From a virus (lineage: Duplodnaviria; Caudoviricetes), in IMG/VR virus record IMGVR_UViG_3300033066_002242, positions 1 through 64,000 of that record: a DNA stretch of 64,000 nt; one strand, given 5' to 3'. Positions within the stretch are counted from its first letter, which is position 1; every line of letters begins with the position of its first letter. Position numbers and translations under genes: made by a program. Positions 7,429 through 16,855 of the stretch are shown in pieces. The notes under the pieces are model-generated. The model had not been told where the DNA came from and searched no databases. It was given only the letters and a program-made list of their open reading frames with translations.

Positions 7429-7826
7429 AAGATTGCTACTCCACCGACAACGAAGAGTTCCACACCGGCGATCTTCACGATGCCATCCGCAACCTCGGCC
7501 TCCAGGCAGGGGACACGGTGTGGATGGGAGAGAGTCACCAAGCAAAGGCTTCCGGATGGGTGGACGCCGATGACGTCCTGGAAACGCTCCAGGAACGGGC
7601 AGATGCCGACTTCGGGCAGATGGTCGGAGACGACTACCCGGAAGTCAGCGATGAGGCCAAGGAGGAACTGAACACCTTCCTGGCCAACTGGCTGGACACT
7701 CACTGCACTCCTCCGTTTTACCACGTCCGCAACTCGGAAGAACGCACCATCACCCAAGAGGAGATCGACTATGCCATACGCCCTGCCCGCCCAGAAGTTC
7801 TCCCACACCGTCATGATGCGGGGTGA
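7425..7826 (+). CDS. Acidic hypothetical phage protein
   Basis: ATGA overlap; D/E-rich. Confidence 0.8.
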   Translation: MKDCYSTDNEEFHTGDLHDAIRNLGLQAGDTVWMGESHQAKASGWVDADDVLETLQERADADFGQMVGDDYPEVSDEAKEELNTFLANWLDTHCTPPFYHVRNSEERTITQEEIDYAIRPARPEVLPHRHDAG

Positions 7827-8022
7827 GGACTTGAAGGTAGGTCAAACCATCAACTACTGGATCAATGAGGGTCGGGGCGTCGAAATCTACGGCTTCAGCG
7901 CCTATACCGGGACGCTGCTCAGCCCGGCACGGACCGCCTTGGTTCGCTATGTGAAAAACGGGGACAACCGCGCCACGGAGATCGTGGTGCAGGACGAAGA
8001 GCATTACGAGGTGATGTCATGA
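7813..8022 (+). CDS. Hypothetical protein
   Basis: Fills the gap; stop overlaps next ATG. Confidence 0.65.
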   Translation: MMRGEDLKVGQTINYWINEGRGVEIYGFSAYTGTLLSPARTALVRYVKNGDNRATEIVVQDEEHYEVMS

Positions 8023-8591
8023 AAGACTTGAACATTGATTGGCCGCTGTTCCACCGGCAAAAAGCCATGCTGGTGGCCATGGCAAACGACGAGGACCGTT
8101 TGACGTCAGAGGTGGAAGTCCTCGACGGCGTCATCAACTTGATGGACGGCATTCAGGATGCGCTGGAGCCTGAGAAACCAGACGGCGGAGGCATGGTCAA
8201 GCTGGAGGTGTCCACACTGGAAGGAGCGGCCCTGGACTGGGTGGTGGGCTCCATCGAGGGAGAGACGGACAACCGGCTAACGGTGTTTCGCCGAGAGGAC
8301 CACGTAGGCAAGCCTGTAGAGCGGGAGACCGAGGCCGGAAGCTACCAGTACGAGTGGTGGTCGCCGTCACGAATCTGGGCGCAGGGCGGGGTGATCCTGG
8401 AGAGGGAAGGACTGCAGATGACAACTTCTCGTGGGTCCTGGGTCTCCAGCAGTCCTCAGTCTGTGGAGAGGGACGGCTGCCGAAGCTACTACTTTGCGGA
8501 AGGCCCTACTCCCCTAGTGGCGGCCATGCGCTGTTTCGTGGCGTTTAAGCTAGGCTACACCGTCGAAGTTCCCGAGGAACTCCTGTCATGA
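8019..8591 (+). CDS. Small helical domain fused to a DUF2591/NinX-like domain
   Basis: LEGAALDWVV...WSPSRIWAQGG...GPTPLVAAMRCFVAFKLG; internal GGAGG-C-ATG at 8193. Confidence 0.75.
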   Translation: MKDLNIDWPLFHRQKAMLVAMANDEDRLTSEVEVLDGVINLMDGIQDALEPEKPDGGGMVKLEVSTLEGAALDWVVGSIEGETDNRLTVFRREDHVGKPVERETEAGSYQYEWWSPSRIWAQGGVILEREGLQMTTSRGSWVSSSPQSVERDGCRSYYFAEGPTPLVAAMRCFVAFKLGYTVEVPEELLS

Positions 8592-8863
8592 AAAACACCG
8601 CAACCCCTGTTCCTCCCTTGACCCTGCACCGCATGGAAGCAGTCCCATCCTCCCCTGCCTTTTACTACCTGACGGACGCCGGTGGTGACTGCGTAGCTAT
8701 CCGAGGCTTGCTGGGGCTTGTGTCTGTGACCGGCAACCGCGCCAGAATACTGGCCATCAAGGCTGCCCTGGAATCTCGCAGCCTCTGCGGGACCGTCTGG
8801 AAAAACGGCGAACTCGTGGACATCCATCCTCACATTGACCTTATGACACCGGAGCAACTATGA
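8588..8863 (+). CDS. Hypothetical protein
   Basis: ATGA overlaps. Confidence 0.7.
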   Translation: MKNTATPVPPLTLHRMEAVPSSPAFYYLTDAGGDCVAIRGLLGLVSVTGNRARILAIKAALESRSLCGTVWKNGELVDIHPHIDLMTPEQL

Positions 8864-9273
8864 ACACAGTTAACCTTGAAGTCGCGGAATTGACGGGCGC
8901 TGCCCTGGACTGGGCTGTTGCCGGGTGCATCCCGGACGGCGCCCGGGTCATCTACTTTGACGAGGACACCGGTGAGCCTCTCTACTACGACGACTGTGCG
9001 GGTAACCAGCAGTTTTCCCCTACCACCGACTGGGGTCAGGCGGGGCCGCTTCTTGTTCAGCACGAGATTGGGGTGCAGCCGGTGTACCAGGACGGGGTAT
9101 TCCACTGCTGGAACGCCAGGGTACGCAGCCTAGAGTACGACGAGTGCGGGGAGGCTGTAGAGGGGTCTGACGCCGACTCCTACGGTCCTACCTACCTTGT
9201 CGCTGCCATGCGGTGCCTGGTCAGGTTGAAGATGGGTCCTGCCCTGGACATTCCAGGGGCATTGGCAACATGA
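8860..9273 (+). CDS. DUF2591/NinX-like protein
   Basis: ELTGAALDWAVA...FSPTTDWGQAGP...GPTYLVAAMRC. Confidence 0.8.
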   Translation: MNTVNLEVAELTGAALDWAVAGCIPDGARVIYFDEDTGEPLYYDDCAGNQQFSPTTDWGQAGPLLVQHEIGVQPVYQDGVFHCWNARVRSLEYDECGEAVEGSDADSYGPTYLVAAMRCLVRLKMGPALDIPGALAT

Positions 9274-9716
9274 AAACCATCCCCGTTGCAGAACTGTCCG
9301 GCCGCGCCCTGGACTGGGCCGTGGCCATGGCCCAAGGCTACAAGCCCGCCCGCTGGGTAAAGCGGGAGTACGGCCGGGAGCTTGTCATCGCTCCTGAGCG
9401 CACGTTCAGCGCCATGCTGATGACCGAAGACGGCCGAAGCCTGACTTGGCGTTGCTTCAGTCCTACCCAGGACTGGGCGCAGGGCGGGGTGCTGCTGGAC
9501 CACTACAATATCAACCTGCGTCAGGAGACCCTGGCGTACCGCACGGAAAGCGGCAAGAAAGGGACGCAGCACCTGGGGTGGGTGGCATACAAGACCCCGC
9601 ACCACTACTACCTGCAGCCTGTCCTGTACCGCGGCAGCAGCAAGTTGGAGGCGGTCATGCGTTGCCTGGTGGGGAGCACTTTGGGAGAAAGCGTGGAGGT
9701 GCCGGATGGAATATGA
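9270..9716 (+). CDS. DUF2591/NinX-like protein
   Basis: ELSGRALDWAVA...FSPTQDWAQGG...AVMRC. Confidence 0.8.
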   Translation: MKTIPVAELSGRALDWAVAMAQGYKPARWVKREYGRELVIAPERTFSAMLMTEDGRSLTWRCFSPTQDWAQGGVLLDHYNINLRQETLAYRTESGKKGTQHLGWVAYKTPHHYYLQPVLYRGSSKLEAVMRCLVGSTLGESVEVPDGI

Positions 9717-9984
9717 CGACCGCCCCTTCCTCATCATGTTCCGCACCACGATCGAGGTGAACACCGACCCCCAGCGCCGCTGCTACAACGGCTGTCACTA
9801 CTCCTCGGAGCTTAGAAAGACAGCCTGGGCGGTGCTGAACCGCTGCGAGACCCGGGAAAAGGCGGAAGCCAGTTTAAAGTTCTGGACCGAACTCAACGAC
9901 TACGCCGTGAGCCAGCGTGGGGAGAGTGCACGTAGAGATCACAAGATTGTGGAGGGAGGGGATGACGATGATCAGTCGCTCTGA
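9706..9984 (+). CDS. Hypothetical phage protein
   Basis: GGAGG RBS; DPQRRCYNGC motif. Confidence 0.75.
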   Translation: MEYDDRPFLIMFRTTIEVNTDPQRRCYNGCHYSSELRKTAWAVLNRCETREKAEASLKFWTELNDYAVSQRGESARRDHKIVEGGDDDDQSL

Positions 9985-10330
9985 AATGATAAAACGTGAC
10001 CCGGACCTGTTTGAGGCGTACTACGAGCAGTTTTCGGAGTACCCGATGCAGTGCCTGCGCACCTCTCCTGCCTGGAAGGCCGTTCTGGAGAAGGCGCGCA
10101 AGTCTCAAGACAAGAACTTCAACGATATTCCGCTGGAGGAGTGGTACGCGCTGCAGGCGCCCGCCTTTCCGAGGCCATTGCTGCGGCTTTTAGAGGACTG
10201 CGGCGATTACATGACAGATGCCGGGTGGGTTTGCATCGTCAAAGTCGCCATCCGTAGACAAATTCGTGAGGAGAAGACCAATGACAGCGCTGATTGCAGG
10301 GGAGGTAGTGGACTGGGCGGGGTTTGTTGA
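9962..10330 (+). CDS. Hypothetical protein
   Basis: GGAGG RBS. Confidence 0.7.
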   Translation: MTMISRSEMIKRDPDLFEAYYEQFSEYPMQCLRTSPAWKAVLEKARKSQDKNFNDIPLEEWYALQAPAFPRPLLRLLEDCGDYMTDAGWVCIVKVAIRRQIREEKTNDSADCRGGSGLGGVC

Positions 10331-10601
10331 CCTGCTGAAGGAGCTTCATGAAAAGGACATTCGGGGCCTGGAGTTTCAAGACTGGGCTGACCGGTTGGCG
10401 GCAGCGTGGCTGGTGAAGCGGGAGTACGCCAGCTTCACGGCCGACGAGTGGCAGCGGGTGCTGCTGGACGGGTACGAAGGCATCGAAGGAGACGAACATG
10501 ACCTCCGGGCGCCGATCCGTATCAAGGAACGTTTTGAAGACGCCGGTCAGGTGTTCGCCGCTTACTTCATAGAGTTTGCCAAAAAGGAGATTGTGGTATG
10601 A
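10281..10601 (+). CDS. Hypothetical protein
   Basis: GAGGAG RBS before ATG 10281. Confidence 0.75.
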   Translation: MTALIAGEVVDWAGFVDLLKELHEKDIRGLEFQDWADRLAAAWLVKREYASFTADEWQRVLLDGYEGIEGDEHDLRAPIRIKERFEDAGQVFAAYFIEFAKKEIVV

Positions 10602-10813
10602 ACCTTACGCCTTTTGAGATGACGTACCTGGCAGTGACCTTTGTGCTGTTAGTTGCTGCGGGAACCCGGTATACGGGGAAGGCAGCCGATGATGGTACGT
10701 TTGTTTTTTGGTCGGTCTTTGCAGTGCTGTGGCCCGTACTTACCCCTCTGGTACTGCCGATGCACCTGGGTATGTACCTGCGTCGCTGGTGGAGCAAGAA
10801 GCCATGGGCATGA
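10598..10813 (+). CDS. Small two-TM membrane protein
   Basis: Two hydrophobic stretches and a basic tail. Confidence 0.75.
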   Translation: MNLTPFEMTYLAVTFVLLVAAGTRYTGKAADDGTFVFWSVFAVLWPVLTPLVLPMHLGMYLRRWWSKKPWA

Positions 10814-11064
10814 AACGAATCTGGGACGGTGAATACCTGCCTCCCATCGGCTGTGAAGTCCAGGTCCACCTGAGCAGCTGCAACGCTTGGGTGCGCCACG
10901 TGGTGGCGTCGATGAGCCTGCGCGGTGACCTGGGGGGTGACCCGGCGGTACACCGAATAGGCATCAACGTCACCGGCAGTGACGACCCTCGTTCGTCCAC
11001 CAACAGCCGCTTGTTGATGGACGTTCGCCCTTTAGACTGGAGAGAACCATGCAAGACGCGATAG
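10810..11064 (+). CDS. Hypothetical protein (WDGExLPPIG motif)
   Basis: ATGA overlap. Confidence 0.7.
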   Translation: MKRIWDGEYLPPIGCEVQVHLSSCNAWVRHVVASMSLRGDLGGDPAVHRIGINVTGSDDPRSSTNSRLLMDVRPLDWREPCKTR

Positions 11065-11621
11065 CCTGGCGCTGGTCGGAAGACCCGGAGCAAAAACGTT
11101 GGATGGACTGGAGGACAGACTGGACGCACCACGACAAGGCCAAGGACATGGGCTTTCCGGTGGAGTACGCGGTGGCGCAGTCTGCCCTCAACGAGCCGGG
11201 CAAGGTCTACTATGCCATGTTGCGGGGAGAAATCCCCAAGCTGACCTGGCGGCAGATGGTACACCTGTCCGGGCCGGTACCCAACACGGCAGACGAGGCG
11301 CTGGCGGAGATTGCCCGGTTGCGCGAGGAACTGAAGGCAGCCAAACAGCAGCAGAAAGAAGACAAAGTCTTGCCAAATGTGCCTGTGTACCTGCTGGAGC
11401 GGCAAGAAAACGGATTGTCTTGGTACATAGGTGCTGCCACCGGCCGCGGAAACGCCTGGCACTGGACTGCCGATGTCAACTCTGCCATCAGGTTCAGCCG
11501 GAAGGAGGATGCTGCGGCGTGCTGGAGCATCCTGATACGGAACCATGTCGGGGCAGGAGGATTTGGTACCACAGAAACCGCGCCAACGCAGCACCTATTT
11601 GAAGACACCGCTGCCCTGTAG
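11049..11621 (+). CDS. Mosaic hypothetical protein
   Basis: Several short domains joined by a coiled coil. Confidence 0.7.
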   Translation: MQDAIAWRWSEDPEQKRWMDWRTDWTHHDKAKDMGFPVEYAVAQSALNEPGKVYYAMLRGEIPKLTWRQMVHLSGPVPNTADEALAEIARLREELKAAKQQQKEDKVLPNVPVYLLERQENGLSWYIGAATGRGNAWHWTADVNSAIRFSRKEDAAACWSILIRNHVGAGGFGTTETAPTQHLFEDTAAL

Positions 11622-11637
11622 CCGAGGTACAAAAACG

Positions 11638-12252
11638 ATGAATGAAACAAACCTGCTGCCTTGCCCCTTTTGCGGGGCACAAGCAGCCCTGGAAACCCAG
11701 GTACACAGCGACGTCCGCGCCCTGCACTTGCACTGGCACGCCAAGGTAAGCTGCGTCTCCTGTTTTGCCAGTACGGGGTGGGTGATCGTGTCGGATCGCC
11801 TGCCGGGAGAGGACTACTACGTTTCTCAGGACGACATCTCCAAAGACCGGGTGCAGGACGTGGTAGAGACATGGAACACTCGCGTCCCCGGCCTTCGCTG
11901 CCCACCAGCCAAGGTGTACATGGCACACAATCGTACCTCCAGCCTGCTGTTTGCGTCAAAGGAGGATGCAGAGGAATACGCTGCTGCTTGCGGGCCGACA
12001 GCGGGGGTACACGTAACGGAGTGCTTGGGGACCGGAGCAACACTGGAGAGTACGACCGTCCCCGAGGAGTGGCGTCAAACCGTCCAAGCCTATATGGACA
12101 GCTACGATGCAGCGTGGAATGAGACCATCACCACGCTGTTTAACAAAGGCATCACTGAGGTCTCCCTCAGCGACCTCCAGGTCGACCACCTTAACAAGCT
12201 GCAGGGTCTTCGTGATCTGCTGACCAACCGAAGGAGTGCTTCAAATGGCTGA
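11638..12252 (+). CDS. Lar-family (restriction alleviation) Zn-ribbon protein with C-terminal extension
   Basis: LLPCPFCG...VSCVSC...WNTR signature. Confidence 0.7.
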   Translation: MNETNLLPCPFCGAQAALETQVHSDVRALHLHWHAKVSCVSCFASTGWVIVSDRLPGEDYYVSQDDISKDRVQDVVETWNTRVPGLRCPPAKVYMAHNRTSSLLFASKEDAEEYAAACGPTAGVHVTECLGTGATLESTTVPEEWRQTVQAYMDSYDAAWNETITTLFNKGITEVSLSDLQVDHLNKLQGLRDLLTNRRSASNG

Positions 12253-13339
12253 TACCAACCAGGTTCGCCAGAGCATGATTGTCGAAAGAGGCGTGGACGC
12301 AGAGGCTGCAAATCGTATTGCGCTGGCCGTCCATGACTATAACAACGGGATCAACCCTGAGCCGCTGCTCTACGTGATCAACCGCATCTTGAGCACGGAG
12401 ATCCACCCGCTCACTGGAGAGGGTCAACGCGCTTTGCTGCCCCCTATACAAGACGCTGCCTTGGAGGCCATGGCGCATAAACACGGCATCTGCCTGGACT
12501 GCGGAGAACTGTACGAACACCACTACACCGAGCCTTTTGCCAGCTGCAATTGCCACTGCTCGGAATGGCACGAGATGACGCCTCACATGGAAGCGGTGAA
12601 GAAGGCGATGGAGGACAACCTCAAGCCACCGTCCCCTGTGCGCCATCCCGGCGAATTTCACACCGTCCAGACCCCCGAGGAACTGGAAGCGTACTTCCTG
12701 TCGCGCCTGCCCTTTATCCGGGAAGCTGCTCGGCAATGCGGGTACGCCATCGGGCTGCATGGATCGCTGCGCCGTGACATGGATTTGATCGCAGTACCGT
12801 GGCGTGAAGACTGTGCGGACAAGGATCTCCTGGCCCAGTGCATTTCCACGTCCGCGACGGGGTGCGCGCGGTCGGGCCCGTACGCCTGGGAGGAGAAGCC
12901 GTCTGGAAGGCAGGCCACCAACATTCCCTGCTGCTGGACGCCGTGGCACGAAGTTCCAGGCATGGGCAATATTGACTTGTCCGTGGTGTCCGGCCTGGCG
13001 GCAGAGCCGACGCCGGCCGAGTACGACCTGCGCAAGGAAGACGTGTCGGAAGGGCTTTCACTCTGCCGCATGACAGACCTCATCGTCAAGGACCCCAAGA
13101 TGAGCCGGGAAGACGAACTGCTGCTGGTGCCGCGCGGGGCCCTGAGCGCGGTATGGAACGCCCTGTGCGCTGCCAGGAAGAAAGACCTGGCGGAATGCGT
13201 CGACCACCACCTGAAGACCTCGGCCGTGTTCCCGCCTGATTGGCGGCCCATGGCCATGAGTGCCTTAGCCAACTGGGAGAAGGGCTTTTCCGCCAATGAC
13301 ATGGCCAACGCCCTCCGCCTTTTCCTGAACAAACCTTGA
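12245..13339 (+). CDS. Multidomain protein: Zn-ribbon plus Pol-beta-superfamily nucleotidyltransferase-like domain
   Basis: CLDC..CNC; YAIGLHGSLRRDMDLIAVPW (GS...DxD) and a later NIDLS aspartate. Confidence 0.6.
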   Translation: MADTNQVRQSMIVERGVDAEAANRIALAVHDYNNGINPEPLLYVINRILSTEIHPLTGEGQRALLPPIQDAALEAMAHKHGICLDCGELYEHHYTEPFASCNCHCSEWHEMTPHMEAVKKAMEDNLKPPSPVRHPGEFHTVQTPEELEAYFLSRLPFIREAARQCGYAIGLHGSLRRDMDLIAVPWREDCADKDLLAQCISTSATGCARSGPYAWEEKPSGRQATNIPCCWTPWHEVPGMGNIDLSVVSGLAAEPTPAEYDLRKEDVSEGLSLCRMTDLIVKDPKMSREDELLLVPRGALSAVWNALCAARKKDLAECVDHHLKTSAVFPPDWRPMAMSALANWEKGFSANDMANALRLFLNKP

Positions 13340-13353
13340 GGGAGACAAAGACA

Positions 13354-14025
13354 ATGCGTGATTACTACCGAGGCAACGGCAAGATGGAATCGGGCGGAGA
13401 ACTGTACCCGGCAACCCTGGAGCAGATGATCAAGGTGGCCGATGCACTGGACTCCCACGTGATGCAGCTGCAGAAAGAGTCCAGCGACACCTTCCGGGAG
13501 TACATGAAGGTGAAGGCCCAGTTGGACGCCCGGCAACTGTACCCCTGGTCAGAGAGCCTGCCGGTGCAACTCCCGCCGTCCCGTACCCGCCGCATCTACA
13601 TCGCCGGCCCCATGTCCGGCATCGAGGACCATAACTTTCCGGCATTCAACGCGCAGGCGGAGATCTTGCGCAAGGAAGGCTGGACCGTGCTCAACCCGGC
13701 AGACCACGGGGTGGTGGAAGGGGCAGAGTGGGGGGACTACCTGCGCCACGACCTGGCCGGCCTGGTCACCTGTGAAGCCATCTACCTGTTGCCGGGGTGG
13801 GAAGGCTCCAAAGGCGCCCGGCTGGAAGTCGTGGTGGCCGAGCAGCTGGGGCTGACGATCCTGAGCGCTGAGCCTTATGAAACACTGGCTGGCTCCTCGA
13901 ATATCGTTGCATGGCACTACGTAGACTCCTGGGGATCGCACGTCACTGAGGACTTCAACGAGATACAGGACTCGTGTGGTATTGAGGAGTGGACGGCGCT
14001 GACGCCTGTCAGGATACGGCCATGA
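13354..14025 (+). CDS. DUF4406 domain protein (deoxyribosyltransferase-like fold)
   Basis: RIYIAGPMSG...NFPAF...VLNPA...LPGWEGSKGARLE. Confidence 0.8.
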   Translation: MRDYYRGNGKMESGGELYPATLEQMIKVADALDSHVMQLQKESSDTFREYMKVKAQLDARQLYPWSESLPVQLPPSRTRRIYIAGPMSGIEDHNFPAFNAQAEILRKEGWTVLNPADHGVVEGAEWGDYLRHDLAGLVTCEAIYLLPGWEGSKGARLEVVVAEQLGLTILSAEPYETLAGSSNIVAWHYVDSWGSHVTEDFNEIQDSCGIEEWTALTPVRIRP

Positions 14026-14297
14026 GGCCGGTACCGCCGGGGTGGACAGTCAGGACCGTCCTCGTCCGCCCCAACGGAGTGCCTGACATCAGCAACGCCA
14101 TGAAGGCGGCGTGCATCGGGGAGTTCTCGTTCAAGCGGGAGATTGTTTGCACCCACGAGGACTCGAAGTTTCCGGAGGAGTGCCCGTGGTGTGGCGGGAG
14201 CGGTACGATCACGGAGGAGATACAGGTTCCGTGGACGACCTGCAAAGACATCTACAAAGCCATGGTGATGAAGGCTTCTTACGAAGTATTCGCCTGA
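14022..14297 (+). CDS. Zn-finger hypothetical protein
   Basis: CPWCGGSG; KAACIGEF and VPWTTCKDIY motifs. Confidence 0.7.
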   Translation: MRPVPPGWTVRTVLVRPNGVPDISNAMKAACIGEFSFKREIVCTHEDSKFPEECPWCGGSGTITEEIQVPWTTCKDIYKAMVMKASYEVFA

Positions 14298-14310
14298 AGA
14301 GGAGCAAGCA

Positions 14311-14910
14311 ATGCCAACCTACAAAACCCGAAACCCCGACATCATAGCGGCGTACCAGAAGTACCACGACGACCAAAAGGTCATGGCGGCGTACTTTGAC
14401 GAGCAAGCGACCACTTTCCCCGGCATGACCGGGGGTGTCGTCACCCATATTCCGTTTGACCGCACCTGGTTTGCCGGGCTCTCATCGGATAACGACGCTG
14501 CTGTTAACAAGGACATCTGGAGGGATGCCGCCTCCAAGCATCATCCCGCCCGCTGGTGGATCCGCAGCGGCGTTCCCCGAGGGCGCAGTACCCCGGCTAC
14601 CCTGAAGTTGCTGCGGGACACCAAGGCACAGTGGGATCGGATGCTCAAGGGAGGGCCTGTGGCAGACCCTTTAACAGCAGAGGGGTATCTGTCCGCCATG
14701 GGGTTCGGCAACTGGCTGTGTTTCCTTGTCCACCGTCCGGTGCAACTGTTCCTGTGGAAGGACGTCATGTACCTCAGTCTGGGCAGTACCCCTGAGAAGT
14801 GGGACAAGGACCGCGCTGGGTGGGAGGAGATCCTGGGCAGCGAGTACAACGTGGCGCTGAAGGAACTGGAACTCAACAACGCGGAGAAACGCCACCATGG
14901 CCAAGATTGA
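14311..14910 (+). CDS. Eac-like phage protein
   Basis: N-terminal YKT..PD and C-terminal EILGSEY; similar to 23948-24484. Confidence 0.5.
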   Translation: MPTYKTRNPDIIAAYQKYHDDQKVMAAYFDEQATTFPGMTGGVVTHIPFDRTWFAGLSSDNDAAVNKDIWRDAASKHHPARWWIRSGVPRGRSTPATLKLLRDTKAQWDRMLKGGPVADPLTAEGYLSAMGFGNWLCFLVHRPVQLFLWKDVMYLSLGSTPEKWDKDRAGWEEILGSEYNVALKELELNNAEKRHHGQD

Positions 14911-15163
14911 CCTCGACAAAGCTGTACTTTACGCCGGCCCGTTGACCGGTACCATCTATCTGGCGTCGGGAGGCCCGCGCGCTCTGGACAAGCGCGATGT
15001 ATCCAACGAAGCCAAGGCCGCCGTCATTGACCATATGCTTCACGGCATGCCGGAGGGCAGCAAGGGCATGAAGGAGGTGTTCGGCATCAACGGCAAGTAC
15101 TACGAAATCCAGGTAAAAGTCCTGGGTGAGAAACCACTGACTGAAGAGGAGCAAGCAACATGA
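14897..15163 (+). CDS. Hypothetical phage protein
   Basis: PLTGTIY...KRDVSNEA; GGAG RBS. Confidence 0.75.
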   Translation: MAKIDLDKAVLYAGPLTGTIYLASGGPRALDKRDVSNEAKAAVIDHMLHGMPEGSKGMKEVFGINGKYYEIQVKVLGEKPLTEEEQAT

Positions 15164-15615
15164 AAACGTGGACCATACTGTACTTCCCCGACTACTTGGG
15201 TACGGGGACGCCGCGGGCGTTCTCCTGCGAGGTGGTGACGGAAGATGAAGCCGAGGGCAAGTGCGAAGACGCCTTCCCGGGGTGTAACTGCGTATGGGCC
15301 GATGTGCTGCCGCGCGGCGTGGACGCCGGGGAAGCCATTGCGGACTACCTGGAGTCCGGCAAGCCGTCGGCCGTGCTGGTCAAGGACGCGGGAGAAAGTG
15401 ACTCCGCCCTGTACCTGCGTGGAAGACTGGCGCAGGAAGAGGACGCGGAAGAGGACGACCGCCGACTGAACAGTTTCTACGAATCTCTGGAGGCTACGGG
15501 AGTGTTCTCCTGCAAGCGGCTGCGCCTGGATAAATGGCTGTACGGAGAGCTCGACGGCAGGTGGCCGGAGTACTTGCATGAACTTACCGAGGAGAAGGAA
15601 GATGAGCCCTCTTGA
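15160..15615 (+). CDS. Acidic hypothetical protein
   Basis: ATGA overlap; RBS. Confidence 0.75.
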   Translation: MKTWTILYFPDYLGTGTPRAFSCEVVTEDEAEGKCEDAFPGCNCVWADVLPRGVDAGEAIADYLESGKPSAVLVKDAGESDSALYLRGRLAQEEDAEEDDRRLNSFYESLEATGVFSCKRLRLDKWLYGELDGRWPEYLHELTEEKEDEPS

Positions 15616-15892
15616 TGCTTCCAGGGTAAGCATCGCCCTGTACCGGGCGCTGTGCCAGGACTTTGAGGACATGACGCTGCACCAGCTGGACGCCTTCCTC
15701 AAGGAGTTCCTCAAGGACAAGAGTTGGGAAGCACTGGAGATGAGGGCCAAGCTGGTGGGGCCCAAGTTCTGTACCCTGGATGTGGCCAAGCCCTCCAGCG
15801 ACGAGGTACAGTTCGTCGTAGGTGACAGCCTGGGCGTCGTCATTCCAGACCTCGACCACCCCGGGTCCTACGCTTTCTTCCGGACGCAGTAG
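15602..15892 (+). CDS. Hypothetical protein
   Basis: RBS; N-terminus (IALYRAL) resembles 17181-17471 (IRLYRSL). Confidence 0.7.
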   Translation: MSPLDASRVSIALYRALCQDFEDMTLHQLDAFLKEFLKDKSWEALEMRAKLVGPKFCTLDVAKPSSDEVQFVVGDSLGVVIPDLDHPGSYAFFRTQ

Positions 15893-15894
15893 CC

Positions 15895-16263
15895 ATGACC
15901 CGTCTCTACGACCACGACGCCACGTCACCGCGTAACGGCATCCGGTTCGGAGTCTTGCTCTGCCCGGTCAGCTTCCAGAACATCCGTGACTGGCTGTGCT
16001 GGATGGATACCGTCTACGAGCAGGTGGACGCCGAACTGAACTCTGACAAGGAAGCCCATGCCGCCTGGAACGCCGGCATCAAGGAATTCCGCCGCTACGC
16101 CCGCCGCGCCATCAAGGCCAAGTACAAGGAACTGAATGGGCCGGAAACCGTCATCTCCAACCTGCAGGTGTCCCAGGGTGTGTTTGAAAACTCCTGGCCC
16201 TGGGTGCTGGAGTTCCTGATTTCTAAAAACTGGGAGGACAACCATGGCACGAGTAGCCGTTGA
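15895..16263 (+). CDS. Hypothetical protein
   Basis: Tight packing. Confidence 0.7.
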   Translation: MTRLYDHDATSPRNGIRFGVLLCPVSFQNIRDWLCWMDTVYEQVDAELNSDKEAHAAWNAGIKEFRRYARRAIKAKYKELNGPETVISNLQVSQGVFENSWPWVLEFLISKNWEDNHGTSSR

Positions 16264-16522
16264 CCGCGAGTTGCTGACGGAGGTGCTGGACTACCTGGAA
16301 ACGGCCAGCGAGACTGCCAAGCACGATGATAGCGACCCTTGCCACGAACTGCTGCGCCGCCTGAGCGCAGACTCTGGCAAGAATATGACACACTGGGGCT
16401 GGACGTGGCAGGATCCCTTCGGCCGCGCCCAAATATCTGCCTATAAGGGCAAACCTTCAGGGCAGGCCGTGGAGAACGCCAAGCCTTCTGTACCTGTCTA
16501 TCTCTACCATTTCCCGGAGTAA
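16244..16522 (+). CDS. Hypothetical protein
   Basis: GGAGG RBS. Confidence 0.75.
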   Translation: MARVAVDRELLTEVLDYLETASETAKHDDSDPCHELLRRLSADSGKNMTHWGWTWQDPFGRAQISAYKGKPSGQAVENAKPSVPVYLYHFPE

Positions 16523-16525
16523 CTC

Positions 16526-16855
16526 ATGGGCCAATACCATAAGCTGTACAACCTCGACAAGCGAGAATACGTCCACCCCCACCGTATCGACAACGGCCTC
16601 AAGCTCATGGAGCAGGTGGGTCACGAGAAGTCCACCGCGAGCGCGCTGTTCCTGATGCTGGCCAACAGCAACGGTCGTGGCGGCGGAGACGCCGAGGAGC
16701 ACCACATGATCGGGCGCTGGGCCGGTGACCGGGTACTGGTGCAGGGCGACTACGCCGAGCCAACAGACGCCGCCTTCCTGTCCGAAGAAGACCTGGCGTC
16801 CTTCGTGGATATTTCGGCCGATGTGTCTACCATGCTCGACGTGGTGTTCTCATGA
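16526..16855 (+). CDS. Conserved-type phage protein (MGQY...GRWAGD...GDY)
   Basis: Recognisable motif set; GGAG RBS. Confidence 0.75.
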   Translation: MGQYHKLYNLDKREYVHPHRIDNGLKLMEQVGHEKSTASALFLMLANSNGRGGGDAEEHHMIGRWAGDRVLVQGDYAEPTDAAFLSEEDLASFVDISADVSTMLDVVFS

